Below are positions 39,481 to 54,700 of a stretch of 64,000 nucleotides of DNA, one piece after another. The notes under the pieces are model-generated. The model was not told the origin of the DNA and did no database searches. It saw only the letters and a program-made list of their open reading frames with translations. How positions within the stretch are numbered: the first letter of the stretch is position 1; each line of letters starts with the position of its first letter. Source of the stretch: Styela clava. Its lineage: Eukaryota. A program made the position numbers and the translations under genes. Location of the stretch: contig NC_135258.1 of assembly GCF_964204865.1 (NCBI RefSeq), positions 17,088,916 to 17,152,915 on the forward strand, written 5' to 3'.

Positions 39481-42224
39481 CATGGTACTAACCAAAGCGT
39501 GTATATAATATTATAATATAAGCGAGGCAACGCTCAGACAATGGACGCCATTTTGTGCCTATTGTTCTCGGCAATTTAACACGGCGCCTTATGAGAAGTT
39601 CCAACACAATTATTGAAACATACCTATTATTTTCATTAATATTTTAGGTAGAAAAATTTTGTGAAGGTTGCGTTTTGAAGTAGAATCTTAGCCGAACATG
39701 CTTATATCCTTTCATGTTGGCCAAATTACATTTATAGTACATTAAATTGTCTTTGAAGACAGGTATACCGGTTCCGAGTTGCTTCCGAAGTAAATTGGCC
39801 ATTCTAATCGTCATAATTAACCATTTGACGATGGCGTTCCTTATGATGTCACAGATGAAAAGTTGTATTTATTCGTCGAAATTACCGGCCGACCCAACTT
39901 TGCTTCAATGGCCGTTTCTATTTTATGGTTAACATTTTTCGTCTATCAAGCTCCATAATGCCTTACTGCTCGGCTCCAAGCTGCGCTAGAAGAACAAATG
40001 ACATTATAGGATTGTTGCGGAGACATTTTACTGCCTCAAATTAGCGTATCACTATAAAATCTTTGAAAAAATGACCAAAAATGGATCTAAGCTGTGTTTG
40101 GGGTCAAATTTAACGCATTAGATAGTTTTTTTATTCTTAATTTATTTATATATTTAGATAGCATATATCTTAAAGTTCAAAGCCCACCCTTCAGTTTCAT
40201 TCTAGCCCTTATAGCAGCGGACTTATTCGATTCGGTACAACAACACGACGAAAATTTCCCATAAGACTCCATTGTTTCGCGTTTCCCAAATATGGCACAA
40301 GATGGCGTCCATGAACTTGTTTAACATTAGGCAAGTTAGTTGCCGGCCGTTGGTACTAACCAGTTAACCGTGCCATTTTTGCGATGAGTTTTTAAAGTCA
40401 GTAAAATTGCATTCAATGGGATGGGAATACTTTCGTCTTTTTACAATTGTCACTGTCTGAACTTTGGTAAGAATTGTGAGAGCCGCACGCATTTCCCTCT
40501 CAACATTTACTCGAGATCAATATTTTGTGTGTATTACGGCCATGGTCGAAAAACCTGCTTTACATGAATACGGAGTCCCAAAAGGGATCAGAGTGCACAA
40601 CGCATTTTCTACCAAGGAGGGATAATCCTTATTGAAGGAAATCCAATAACTCAATACATTTTCAGAATTAAAATTTCTTTTTAAAACGATTACGTTCAAA
40701 AACGGCGAAGAAAGCAGTATTGTTGAAGCAAGATTTTGGCCAGTGAAACATGTTATCTAATGCATCCCCATATGCAACAAAAACCACGGAGCCTTTTTAC
40801 TTGAACGATCCAAAGTCAATGTAGCCTACGTCATACTTGCGTTTTTAGACTTCTTGTATAGTATCGTTTTCACGCTTGTAATATTACTTTTTTCTATGCG
40901 CCCAAAAGAGATTCTGCAAAAAAAGAAAAAAAATTTCGCGATGCCCGAGCAAAATTGAAACGACGCCCACTTTGTCAACCACTGCTGTAACGTATCAATA
41001 TAGCCATAAATTCTATTGGTAATAGTCCGTTCATGTTCATAATTGTCTGCATTTAGAAATGTATTTCGTATTGCTATATCGTTGAATGCTGGTACTAATA
41101 TATATGTTAGGTTATTATGGGTATACGAGTACATCTAAATAAATGGTAAAATAGAATAAATACACGGGTTTTACGGATACAAGCATGTCTATATTTCTTA
41201 TGTTTTATTTATACAGGTATTACGTTATTGATAAAATGGTCATTAATATTCAGTGTAGAATTTACTTGTTTAATCTTATGAGCAAAACTTGTTTTTACCA
41301 CAAAATAATATCATACTATAAAAAAAGAATCCGACTAAGATCAGAAAGGTAATTGTAAATTATCATGGTCTATACCAGTGGTTTCCAAACTTTTTAGTCG
41401 CAGTAATATATAGGGTAAATATACAATTTCATCGCCTCCCCGTTTACAAAAACATTTGAGGTCAGAAACGAATATAATACAGAACAAATAAACAAGATAA
41501 ATCATAGTTTATTGTGTTTTTAATGAGATATATTAGCTTAGTGGTCTTCCAGCGAGTTTTTTTTTTAAATTTTTGGTGACATTTTCGTAAGCCACAATCT
41601 CAAATCACCCCGTTTACTGATCGAATTCGATTTCTTTGTTTTGACAGCACTTGTTTTGTTACAAACCCCTTCTTCACCATAAAACAGGTCGTAAGTAAAG
41701 GAATCCAGGTTTCTGCCTTCTGCCTTTTTTGCAAGGTTTGTCAAATTATGAGAAATTTTCATTAAAAAAATGCATCTTTATAAAAATCACGCATTGATGC
41801 ATCTCTCGAATCTAACATATGAATTTTATTTCCTCATTTCATTGCATTTCAAGAAGCATTGTAAAGGAGCATTTAAATATTTTCTGCGGTATTGAACCCC
41901 TGCACAGTGGACTCAGCGTCAACTTTTTTGCGTGTTATTATTCGTCTAATTATATTTAAATTGTAGGCTCGTTAAACGATTAACTGGTTTATACCACCTG
42001 GTAGTAAACAGTTAATAACCATGCCATTCATGTTCCAATCCAGAATCGCAATAAATTTTCAATACTGGTAATATTGGAGTGAGTCTAATCTAGTACATTA
42101 ATATAACCGTGGATCTTACTACCTTCGGTGCTGGTTAACCATGTACTTCGTGTCCCAAACTGAAATTTTCAATAGGGATAATATTAGGCCAATTTCACCA
42201 ATGTAGGCGTAAATCCCCTACATT

Positions 42225-43045
42225 CGACTTATACTTCCGTTGGTAGTCCCAGTAATCAATAACCATACGTTTCATGTTGATATGTGTTCAAAGCTGGCAA
42301 TCCTTGTTACTCCCAGTAATCATACAATTCATGTTGATACGTGTTCGAACCCGCAATCTTTGGTAGTCCAAGTAACCATACAATTCATATTCATAAGTGT
42401 TCAAAGCTGGCAATTCTTGGTAGTCCTAGAAACCACGCGTTTCATATTGATAAGTGTTCGAAGCTGGCAATATTTGGTAATCCAAGTAACCATACAATTC
42501 ATATTGAAAAGTGTTCGAAGCTGGCAATCCTTGGTAGTCCAAGTAACCATACGATTCATATTGATAAGTGTTCGAAGCTGGCAATCCTTGGTAGTCCAAG
42601 TAACCATACAGTTCATATTAATAAGTGTTCGAAGCTGGCAATCTTTGGTAATCCAAGTAACCATACAATTCATATTGATAAGTGTTCGAAGCTGGCAATT
42701 CATGGTAGTCCAAGTAACCATACGATTCATATTGATAAGTGTTCGAAGCTGGCAATTCATGGTAGTCCAAGTAACCATACAATTCATATTGATAAGTGTT
42801 CGAAGCTGGCAATTCATGGTAGTCCAAGTAACCATACGATTCATATTGATAAGTGTTCGAAGCTGGCAATCCTTGATAGTCCAAGTAACCATACAGTTCA
42901 TATTGATAAGTGTTTAAAGCTGGCAATTCTTGTTAGTCCAAGTAACCTTACTATTCATATTGATAAGTGTTAGAAGCAAGTAATCCTTGGTAGTCACTGT
43001 AATCATATGTTTCATGTTGATAAGTGTTCGAAGCTGGCAATATTC
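42225..43045. repeat. Minisatellite, 57-bp unit (aagctggcaatccttggtagtccaagtaaccatacaattcatattgataagtgttcg), about 14 tandem copies
   Basis: The motif aagctggcaa recurs at 57-bp spacing (42461, 42518, and so on through 43031). Degenerate relatives of the unit flank the array (41980-42200, 43230-43480, 40340). Confidence 0.9.
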
Positions 43046-43784
43046 CTAATGTGCGAGTATTCATATCTTATATTCATGTGTGTATGTAATATGTATGACG
43101 CTGTATTAATGCAAATATTACGACTCTAAAATTGTTTATCATGAGGTACCTAGGCTAACATGTCTAACTTCGTTACAGGCATAGTCCTTATCATTCTGTA
43201 TACCATATACCCATTTTTATTAAACTTGAAACCCGTTTTCACCACAAATGGTAGTTCACGCGAAGTACCATACTATGTAAGTGGATCTGACAAAGTGTTA
43301 ACGTAGTTGTACAACCCCTTGTATGTTGATACCGTTATCGATATTCTGTTGAGCGTTGGAAGGTGAAATGTGTTTCGAATAACGATAACATACAAATTTA
43401 TTAATATAATCTTGAATCTCACACCCATTGGTACTGGTTTAACAATATGGTTCGTGTTCTAAAATTAAATTTCCCATAATTTACTATAGCCGTAAGTATC
43501 TTATAACCAGTATAGACCTTCATTGGTAGTGTTTCTATACCCCCATGCCTTTATGTCCATAAGTTTTCTAGAAATATATTCTCTAGTCCCTAGTTTATTT
43601 TGAGTATTAATATTTTATGTTCTTATAATGAATGTATAATATCTACAATCTCTGTGGCTAATGTAACTTAATTGAAAATTAATTGATGAAATATATATTT
43701 TTAGTTGTTGGGAAGAAAAAGAAGAGAGGACCTGAATATTAAGGTAAATATAACGCACAATGCCTGTGGGCTGTGGTACACAAA

Positions 43785-44062
43785 CATTTTGAGCCGCCCA
43801 AGTTTGGAATTTCTCAAGTCTCGCGCCCCACCTCAAAATAACTAGTTAACAATGTGCTACAAAAACACAGATAGTTAAGGCGGAAGTTTTTGTCAAGAAG
43901 CACGTTGCAAAAACGTGGATGGAACGTAAATAATGAAATAAATTAGGAAAATAAAGCGGACAAGATTTTAGGCTTTTTTTAAGTTTCATCAATCAGCTTC
44001 ACGTCCCCTTAAAATGTTTACGTTTCCTTGTGAGGCGCGCCCCACCGTTTGAAACCACTGAA
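43785..44062. mobile_element. hAT-like MITE copy of the CAGTGGTTTCAAACGGTGGGGCGCGCC-terminus family. Related termini occur at 3035-3106, 39131-39160 and 41385-41420.
   Basis: The right end (reverse complement) cagtggtttcaaacggtggggcgcgcctc matches 39131 caatggttttcaaacgatggggcgcgcctt and 3040 ggttctcaaactttttgggtgccctc. The shared internal tail is cc.ac.t.aaaataactag.taac. Confidence 0.4.
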
Positions 44063-47000
44063 CTAGTAAAAAATTGACTGGTCAATATTTATATGATGAG
44101 ATACAATATATTGCACTGACAGATCATTCAAATTAAGTACAAATTGTAATTTTCGTGGAAATTTTGGAAAATTGGAAAAAATAATTTTAGAATAAACGAA
44201 AAATTAATAATAATTTTTTTTTAAATTTCTAGTATAACCTTAGCTTCGCTGTATTTCTGTTAATTACAATTCCAAAGGTTGATAATGACATAGTTCGAAC
44301 AACTATATCTCTTCTCTGTATTTCTGTCAAATAGCATTTTTTGTGATTTGAATAACTTGATAGTGTCTTAGGGCAACGAAATTTAGTTTCACCTAAAGTT
44401 AGATAGACATAATCATGACATTAGATTGATTTTTTTATGTATTTTTAATATAAGCTTACCTTTTCTTCACCTCAGTATTTTTCTTTGATTTATTAATCCA
44501 ATACTTGATAATGAAACTATATATTTATTTTCAGTTTTCTAAAACACTGCTTGAAAGAGTCATTGCATCAAACGGAATCGGCATTGTTAATAGTCTGGTG
44601 CATCACGGAGTGAGATGGAAGCCTATATAGTAAAGAGCGAGTATGTAATCTTATAAATCTTTCAATTTATATTTTGTCAGGTATAAACTGATATATCATG
44701 TTAAATCCCGCTAGTCAGGAAGAGCTGCAAATGTTTGAATTATTCTCACAAAATGTCCAAAATATTTCGCCCAATTTTATTGATATAATTTCGTAAAGTT
44801 ATGTGATGCAGTTGTACGTTTTTGTTAACCTGTCATCTCCACGGATGTCGCGCGCTTGGGTGTTTGTGCTTATATGATAGTGCCCTTATGACTTTGAAAC
44901 ATCTTGGGTTGTTATTGAAAATCTAGGATTTTCGAGATGAATCTTTTCATTTTCTGTAACCTTGCACGAAATTAGGTTTCCCCTTTATAAAGTTAGGATT
45001 GGGCACCTAATTTCAACTGTTCGGTACGATTGGGTTTGGCGAGAGCTTTCATGATAGCGCAGGGGTTCGACAGGATCGAGAAGGTTAAGGTTAACTAGAA
45101 TTTGAAAAATCACACATTGTTACGTAGTATTATTTTTTTCGATGTTGCCATAAAGTATAGACAGACAGGTACAAATAGATTTGATGAAATATATATCCAA
45201 TTCATATCGAATTATATTTTCTGTCATTCATAAACTCAAAACTTGACATAGTTCATATAGTTCACATAATGACATAGTTCGAAAAACTACTGGTACATTC
45301 AAATTTTAACCCCCAAGTCGGAATTAGATCGAAATAATTGAATATTCTTCTGAAATTAATCAATTTTTGTAAAAGTTACCGTCTTCGAATACCACATTGT
45401 GCCACCGCAACTTTTTGTTGAATAAGTTTTTTATATCAGTGTTCGATTTAATGGAATTTTCAAATTTTTCCCCGCTAGGTCGGAAAAGTTTGAAATAGTT
45501 CAATATTTTTGAAAAAACTTATTGTGTTCCAAGTATATTACCACAATTAAGAATGTTTCTTAAGAAAAATGAGAGATTTGGGAAAACACCCCCGGGTTCG
45601 GGTTGAGAATGATTTAAAAATTTGAAATCTGCATTTTTTTTTTGTTTTTTTGAAAAAAATGCTTCAATTGAATTGAACTTAAATTTGTCATTAACTCAAA
45701 TGCCCGACTCAGATTTGTGTTTGGCAAATTTAAATTTTTATTAAAATACAAAAAAGTCTGATAAACAATAATTTATTTCTTAGTCATTGTCGCATGAATG
45801 TCTTATCCGTACAAAAATACATTGGGAAATGCTAAATGATGTTCATTGTTTTTACTTGAGTGAAACGGTAAAGATGGAAAGTAAGTATGTTAAGCTAAAT
45901 ATTGGGGAAATTAAAGCAAACGTATCAACAAAAAAGCGCTGAACGTTTCCACGAATTTATGAAAGAAATGAAATGGTCACTTATAATTCTCTGATAAAGC
46001 GTAATAAATTGATAGATTTGAAATCACGTAACACGAGGACTTTTTATAATTTTTTTAGAATTTTCTGATTTTGTCGTAACGATACTGATCAGTTTGTTCG
46101 TTATTAGGACTTGCGAGTACTTTTGCAGAGCAATGCTGTATTACACAATGATATTTTGCGAAAATCTTAAGCTATGTGGTGATGAGAGGAAAATGAACTG
46201 CAAAATTATTGTTCCTCCATGTTCCATAGAAAGCAGTTCTAAACAGGCTGGCAAGCCAGAAAATATCCAATTTACACTCACACATGCCGAGTCATATTAA
46301 TAAACCCCTCGCTCAATCATTTGTTCTTCTATAATAGCTGATCGACTGCTGATAAGCGGACATTTATAAACTTGTTTTGGTATCCCAAGGGCATGACACT
46401 GTAATATCGTTGTACCATACGTAGTTCGTCAAATAGCCGCGTTTTTATTACTTTAACTTGTTTCTAATTTTAATGTTGGAGAGTGTTGGAATAATTTTAG
46501 GTTAAAACACGTCCAACTAACTGTCAACTAAAGGCGCTTAAATTCACCCAATAGGCTAGATAATTTCTCTGCTACAAATGCGGTGCACTGGTTAAACTTG
46601 TGCGTGCATTGAAAAATATACACGAAAGGAAACAGAGAATGAGACAGAACGTTTTTATGTGTTAAACTGTGTTTGGAAAGACAAAGTTTTGGCGTTGGTT
46701 AAATTTAAATTTTGCCGACAGATTACTGGAATGCTTTGCTTTTATTCATTTCGTATCACATTAATAAAAATAAAAAAATACGTTTTCTTTAATATTTATA
46801 GTTACGTTAACATATTTTAAAAATATGAATTCAAAACCATCGCACCACAAATGAGATGTTTAGGATGTACCTACATGAAAGCAAGTAGAATCCTTATTTT
46901 TATAAGGATAGGATTTAAAGTAGTATAATTTGTTTAAATAGTATAATTACAGCCAACAAGGCTCATTAACGCATTTTCTAACCGAACACCGATATAATTA

Positions 47001-48789
47001 CCGTCAGTGTGCAATGTATTTAAACTAAAAAACGTATCTGGACCCAAAACATTAATTTCTTTTTATCTGAAATATGTTTTTTCAATCTGAAAAAGTGTGG
47101 CATGAATAATGCTTGCAAACTGTTACTTTACCTATAGTCTGGACTGCACTCTTGAGATAATATTTACATAGCATGTAAACGTCGGCAATTTCTGCTTCAA
47201 AATATTGATATCGGCGTTTTATCGTTGTTGTCGAATCGGTATCGGCGACAAGTAGTATTGGTACATCTCTCATGTTGGAATCTCTAGTATAATGTAATGG
47301 ACGTTAATGTAATGTTTAAAATTGATATCCACCGCATGCGTTTTGTATCAAATGATACGTTGTAAAACAATGTACTCTCTTTCTGCAAACATTAAAACTC
47401 GTATGATATTAAATAGCATCTCTTATTAAGCCATCTTAAGCGTGTAATTGGATACACATACTACTACCAAGATTCATTTTCTCATCTACAGACAAAGTTT
47501 AATTGTTTTATTCCGTATATGAATTTGACCCGGTGTTATTTCGGAAGTTATCGGGAATTGTACTTTTGGTGAATGACCGCTCATAGACTACTCTCTTTGA
47601 GGCAATTTCATCTTCTGTTCGTGGGAAGAAAATAGTCATGTTGACGTAAACAAAATCTTATATCGGTCTTGTCTTCTCATATTCTTGTTTGTTTATTATT
47701 ATTTTGGTATTTCGGATCATTGCGAGTCGGCTATTTAAGAGTTAATTCGCATTAGAAGTTTGTCGTTTAAGTAGTGTTAATTCAATTGCCGTAATAAACT
47801 GATTGTTGGCTTGTATTATATTTTGGTTAAATGGGTTAAATTATATTGCATAAATTAATGTTGCTATTGTTTGCATCTTTCGGAATTAAGTATGTTGTCG
47901 ATCTACTTAGGTTGGTCGTAAACTTTAGCAACCCTATACATTAATAGTTTTGGCTTCTACATTATTGCGTTTTGCACATATTATTTGTTTTTTCGTACTT
48001 TGTTCATGTAGACTGGATATTTCATTGCCAGTGATAGACTTCAATCATATTCAAAGTTGTGGAGTTGTTAATATCGAGAAAACTGGCAGGTTATAAGTCT
48101 AAGGTAGTTAGTTGATGACGCGCAACGTCACCGCCCAACACGTTATAGGCGTCTTGTAGAGTCTCATCATACGTAATAAGTTGCTCTTAATTTACTTCCT
48201 CTATTATAAAAAGACATGATAACTCAATGTATATATATATTTTACAGGTTCCTCAGTTATGGAACTTGACGACTCTTTCTGTTTTTCAAAAAAAAAAAAA
48301 AATAGAACTCAATTATTCAAATATGAAGAAGAGTTTTATTAAAGATAATCAAGATGTGCTAGCCAACAAATGCATTGAGTCCACACAAAAGACTTTGATA
48401 TAGAAAAAGTCACCCTTTGTTTGAGACTTAATCCCATTGCCATACGTACTTTAAGCTCGTATGCATGTGCACTGATTACCAATATGTGGTAGCAAACAAA
48501 TGCATTGGGCAGCACACACAAATGCCTTCATATCAAATAAGACTGTTGTTTAAAGCTATACCAAAATGCCATACACAATGTAAAAGGATTATATGCGGAA
48601 GTTTAACATGGGTCAACCCGTGAGGAATTAACTATTTGTATAATTTGAACAATTGCAAACGGATTCTTGATTGTATATTTATCAATGAATTAAATCATAG
48701 CTCAGAAAACTAAATACAATTGGTATTTGTATTTTGACACCCTGCAATGTAATCCTGTATTTGATGTCCTGGTATGAAAAATTTAAAAT

Positions 48790-51700
48790 AATTCTTACGA
48801 TTTACGTTATTCTTATATTTTTATTGCTGTTATTATATGTTACTGATTTGTGAATTATATTATTGTTTATTACTGATATTGTATATTTTAATGAGCTTTT
48901 TTGTAATATGCAGTTTCCATATCTTATTTATATCTATCTTATTTGCTGTAGTCATTATTTTCTATTGTATTTTTTGAGATATTTTCAACAGGAAAACAAG
49001 ATATCGTGCCAACGACAATGGAAGAAAAGTATTAACAGGGCTTGCCATAGCTTTTTTTGAATATTTTTTCATTGTAGATAGATTTAGACCCATCCCCGCC
49101 ATTAGGAATAATAGGGATTTTATTAGGCTTAGATATTTTTAATGTTATTCTAGCTTCTCAGGCACAGAACTATGAAGACACTGGAAAAATCAAGAAAATA
49201 CGAATAGAAGGAAAATCTACAAATTACATGTAAATATTTTTTAAATTTTAGGAGACTTAGGTATTTTTAATGGTATTCTAGCTTCTCAGGCCCAGAATTA
49301 TGAAGAAGTGAGAAAACGACTGATACAAGGAAACAATGAAGAAATTAAGAGAAAACTGAAACAAGGAAAATCTACAAATTGAATGTAAATATTTTTTACA
49401 AATTTTATTAGGCTTAGATATTGTTAATAATATTTTAGCTTCTCAGGCACAGAATTTTAAAGGTACTGAAGAAATTGAAAGAAGACGGAGCCAGAGACAA
49501 ATACCGGTAAATATGTTACATTTGTTTCATTAGGCAGACTTACTATTTCCATTTAGTGTTCATTTCCATTTTAATTCGATATAATATTTTTCTGATTATA
49601 TTATTACTGACACAATAATGCACAAAGTATTATGTTTATTGCTGGCATTCAATATTTATTTAATAAAGCTTTTTTTAGTAATATGCTGTATCCATACTTA
49701 CCTATCTTATTTGTTATAATCAATATTTTCTCTTCTATTTTTGAGATATTTTCAACTGGAAACGATATCGTGACACCAACAAAAGAAGAAAAGTATTAAC
49801 AGGGCTCGCTATGGCTTTTTTGTTTTTAATATTTTATTTGTTATAGATAGATTAGTCCCAATCCCTCCATTAAAAATAATAGGGTTTTTAATAGGCTTAG
49901 ATATTTTTAATGTTATTCCAGCTTCTCAGGCACACAACTATGAAGACGCTGGAAAAATCAAGAAAAGACGAATAGAAGGAAAATCTACAAATTACATGTA
50001 ACCATTTTTCGAATTTTATGTGGCTTAGATATTTTTAATGGTATTCTAGATTCTCAGGCACAGAATTATGAAGAAGTAAGAAAAAAGACTGATACAAGGA
50101 AACAACGAAGAAATTAGGAAAAAACTGAAACAAGGAAAATCTACAAATTGAATGTAAATATTTTTACAAATTTTATTAGGCTTAGATATTGTTAATAATA
50201 TTTTAGCTTCTCAGACACAGAATTTAAAAGGTACTGAAGAAATTGAAAGAAGACGGAATCAGAGACAAATACCGGAAAATTTGTTACATTTGTTTCATTA
50301 GACAGACTTACTATTTCCATTTAGTGTTCATTTCCATTTTAATTCGATATAATATTTTAGATAGGGCTTAGATTTAGGCTTAGATATATTTAATGTTATT
50401 CTAGTTTCTCAGGCACACAACTATGAAGACACTGGAAAAATCAAGAGAAGACGAATAGAAGGAAAATCTACAAATTACATGTAAATATTTTTCGAATTTT
50501 ATGAGGCTTAGGTCTTTTTAATGGTAATCTAGCTTCTCAGGCACAGAATTATGAAGAAGTAAGTAAAAAGACTGATACAAGGAAACAATGAAGAAATTAG
50601 GAAAGAACTGAAACAAGGAAAATCTACAAATTGAATGTAAATATTTTTACAAATTTTATTAGGCTTTGATATTGTTAATAATATTTTAGCTTCTCAGGCA
50701 CAGAATTTTAAAGGTACTGAAGTAATTGAAAGAAGACGGAACCAGAGACAAATACAGGTAAATATGTTACATTTGTTTCATTAGGCAGACTTACTACTTC
50801 CATTTAGTGTTCTTTTCCATTTTAATTCGATATAATATTTTTCTGATTATATTATTACTGATGCAATAATGCACCAGGTATTATGTTTATTGCTGGCATT
50901 CCATATTTATTAAGAAAGCTTTTTTTGGTAATATGCTGTATCCATACTTACCTATCTTCTTTGTTATAATCAATATTTTCTCTTCTATTTTTGAGATATT
51001 TTCAACTGGAAACGATATCGTGACACCAACAAAAGAAGAAAAGTATTAACACGGCTCGCCATGGCTTTTTTGTTTTTAATATTTTATTTGTTATAGATAG
51101 AATAGTCCCAATCCCTTCATTAGGAATAATAGGGTTTTTAATAGGCTTAGATATTTTTAATGTTATTCTGGCATCTCAGGCACACAACTATGAAGACACT
51201 GGAAAAATCAAGAAAAGACGAATAGAAGGAAAATCTACAAATTACATGTATGAGGCTTAGATCTTTTAAATGGTAATCTAGCTTCTCGGGCACAGAATTA
51301 TGAAGAAGTAAATGAAAAGACTTATACAAGGAAACAATGAAGAAATTAGGAAAAGACTGAAACAAGGAAAATCTACAAATTGAATGTAAATATTTTTACA
51401 AATTTTATTAGGCTTTGATGTTGCTAATATTTTCTTAGCTTCTCAGGCACAGAATTTTGAAGGCACTGAAGAAATTGAAAGAGGACGAAACCAGAGACAG
51501 ATCTAAAATACCGGTAAATTTGTTCCATTAGGCAGGCTGACTTTTTCCATTTAGTGTTCATTTTGATTTTATTTCGATATAATATTTTTCTAATTATATT
51601 ATTACTGATACAATAATGCACCAAGTATTATATTTATTGCTGGCATTTAATATTCATTAATAAAGCTTTTTAGTAGTATGCTGTATCCATACTTGCCTAT

Positions 51701-54700
51701 CTTATTTGTTATAATCATTATTTTCTCTTCTGTTTTTGAGATATTTTCAACTGGAAATGATATCGTGACACCAACAAAAGAAGAAAAGTATTAACAGGGC
51801 TCGCCATGGATTTTTTGTTTTTAATATTTCATTTGTTATAGATAGATTAGTCCCAATCCCTCCATTAGGAATATTAGGGTTTTTAATAGGCTTAGATATA
51901 TTTAATGTTATTCTAGTTTCTCAGGCACACAACTATGAAGACACTGGAAAAATCAAGAAAAGACGAATAGAAGGAAAATCTACAAATTACATGTAAATAT
52001 TTTTCGAATTTTATGAGGCTTAGATCTTTTTAATGGTAATCTAGCTTCTCAGGCACAGAATTATGAAGAAGTAAGTAAAAAGACTGATACAAGGAAACAA
52101 TGAAGAAATTAGGAAAGAACTGAAACAAGGAAAATCTACAAATTGAATGTAAATATTTTTACAAATTTTATTAGGCTTTGATATTGTTAATAATATTTTA
52201 GCTTCTCAGGCAAAGAATTTTAAAGGTACTGAAGAAATTGAAAGAAGACGAAACCAGAGACAAATACCGGTAAATATGTTACATTTGTTTCATTAGGCAG
52301 ACTTACTATTTCCATTTAGTGTTCATTTCCATTTTTATTCGATATAATATTTTTCTGATTATATTATTACTGATACAATAATGCACCAAGTATTATGTTT
52401 ATTGCTGGCATTTCATATTTATTAAGAAAGCTTTTTTTGATAATATGCTGTATCCATACTTACCTATCTTCTTTGTTATAATCAATATGTTCTCTTCTAT
52501 TTTTGAGATATTTTCAACTGGAAACGATATCGTGACACCAACAAAAGAAGAAAAGTATTAACACGGCTCGCCATGACTTTTTTGTTTTTAATATTTTATT
52601 TGTTATAGATAGAATAGTCCCAATCCCTCCATTAGGAATAATAGGGTTTTTAATAGGCTGAGATATTTTTAATGTTATTCTGGCATCTCAGGCACACAAC
52701 TATGAAGACACTGGAAAAATCAAGAAAAGACGAATAGAAGGAAAATCTACAAATTACATGTATGAGGCTTAGATCTTTTAAATGGTAATCTAGCTTCTCG
52801 GGCACAGAATTATGAAAAAGTAAAGAAAAGACTTATACAAGGAAACAAGGAAGAAATTAGGAAAAGACTGAAACAAGGAAAATCTACAAATTGAATGTAA
52901 ATATTTTTACAAATTTTATTAGGCTTTGATGTTGTTAATATTTTCTTAGCTTCTCAGGCACAGAATTTTGAAGGCACTGAAGAAATTGAAAGAGGACAAA
53001 ACCAGAGACAGATCTAAAATACCGGTAAATATGTTACATTTGTTCCATTAGGCAGGCTGACTTTTTCCATTTAGTTTTCTTTTTGATTTTATTTCGATAT
53101 AATATTTTTCTAATTATACTATTACTGATACAATAATGCACCAAGTATTATATTTATTGCTGGCATTTAATATTTATTAATAAAGCTTTTTAGTAGTATG
53201 CTGTATCCATACTTGCCTATCTTATTTGTTATAATCATTATTTTCTCTTCTGTTTTTGAGATATTTTCAACTGGAAACGATATCGTGACACCAACAAAAG
53301 AAGAAAAGTATTAACACGGCTCGCCATGACTTTTTTGTTTTTAATATTTTATTTGTTATAGATAGAATAGTCCCAATCCCTCCATTAGGAATAATAGGGT
53401 TTTTAATAGGCTGAGATATTTTTAATGTTATTCTGGCATCTCAGGCACACAACTATGAAGACACTGGAAAAATCAAGAAAAGACGAATGGAAGGAAAATC
53501 TACAAATTACATGTATGAGGCTTAGATCTTTTAAATGGTAATCTAGCTTCTCGGGCACAGAATTATGAAGAAGTAAAGAAAAGACTTATACAAGGAAACA
53601 AGGAAGAAATTAGGAAAAGACTGAAACAAGGAAAATCTACAAATTGAATGTAAATATTTTTACAAATTTTATTAGGCTTTGATGTTGTTAATATTTTCTT
53701 AGCTTCTCAGGCACAGAATTTTGAAGGCACTGAAGAAATTGAAAGAGGACAAAACCAGAGACAGATCTAAAATACCGGTAAATATGTTACATTTGTTCCA
53801 TTAGGCAGGCTGACTTTTTCCATTTAGTTTTCATTTTGATTTTATTTCGATATAATATTTTTCTAATTATACTATTACTGATACAATAATGCACCAAGTA
53901 TTATATTTATTGCTGGCATTTAATATTTATTAATAAAGCTTTTTAGTAGTATGCTGTATCCATACTTGCCTATCTTATTTGTTATAATCATTATTTTCTC
54001 TTCTGTTTTTGAGATATTTTCAACTGGAAACGATATCGTGACACCAACAAAAGAAGAAAAGTATTAACAGGGCTCGCCATGGATTTTTTGTTTTTAATAT
54101 TTCATTTGTTATAGATAGATTAGTCCCAATCCCTCCATTAGGAATAATAGGGTTTTTAATAGGCTTAGATATATTTAATGTTATTCTAGTTTCTCAGGCA
54201 CACAACTATGAAGACACTGGAAAAATCAAGAAAAGACGAATAGAAGGAAAATCTACAAAAAACATGTAAATATTTTTCGAATTTTATGAGGCTTAGATTT
54301 TTTCAATGGTAATCTAGCTTCTCAGGCACAGAATTATGAAGAAGTAAGTAAAAAGACTGATACAAGGAAACAATGAAGAAATTAGGAAAGAACTGAAACA
54401 AGGAAAATCTACAAATTGAATGTAAATATTTTTACAAATTTATTAGGCTTAGATATTGTTAATAATATTTTAGCTTCTCAGGCACAGAATTTTAAAGGTA
54501 CTGAAGAAATTGAAAGAAGACGAAACCAGAGACAAATACCGGTAAAAATGTTACATTTGTTTCATTAGGCAGACTTACTATTTCCATTCAGTGTTCATTT
54601 CCATTTTTATTCGATATAATATTTTTCTGATTATATTATTACTGATACAATAATGCACCAAGTATTATGTTTATTGCTGGCATTCCATATTTATTAAGAA

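Noticed and set aside
42240-42973. Four long overlapping ORFs (225, 210, 166 and 102 aa) on both strands
   Set aside because: They lie entirely inside the 57-bp minisatellite, whose unit is a multiple of 3 and stop-free in all frames. The translations are periodic nonsense, not genes.
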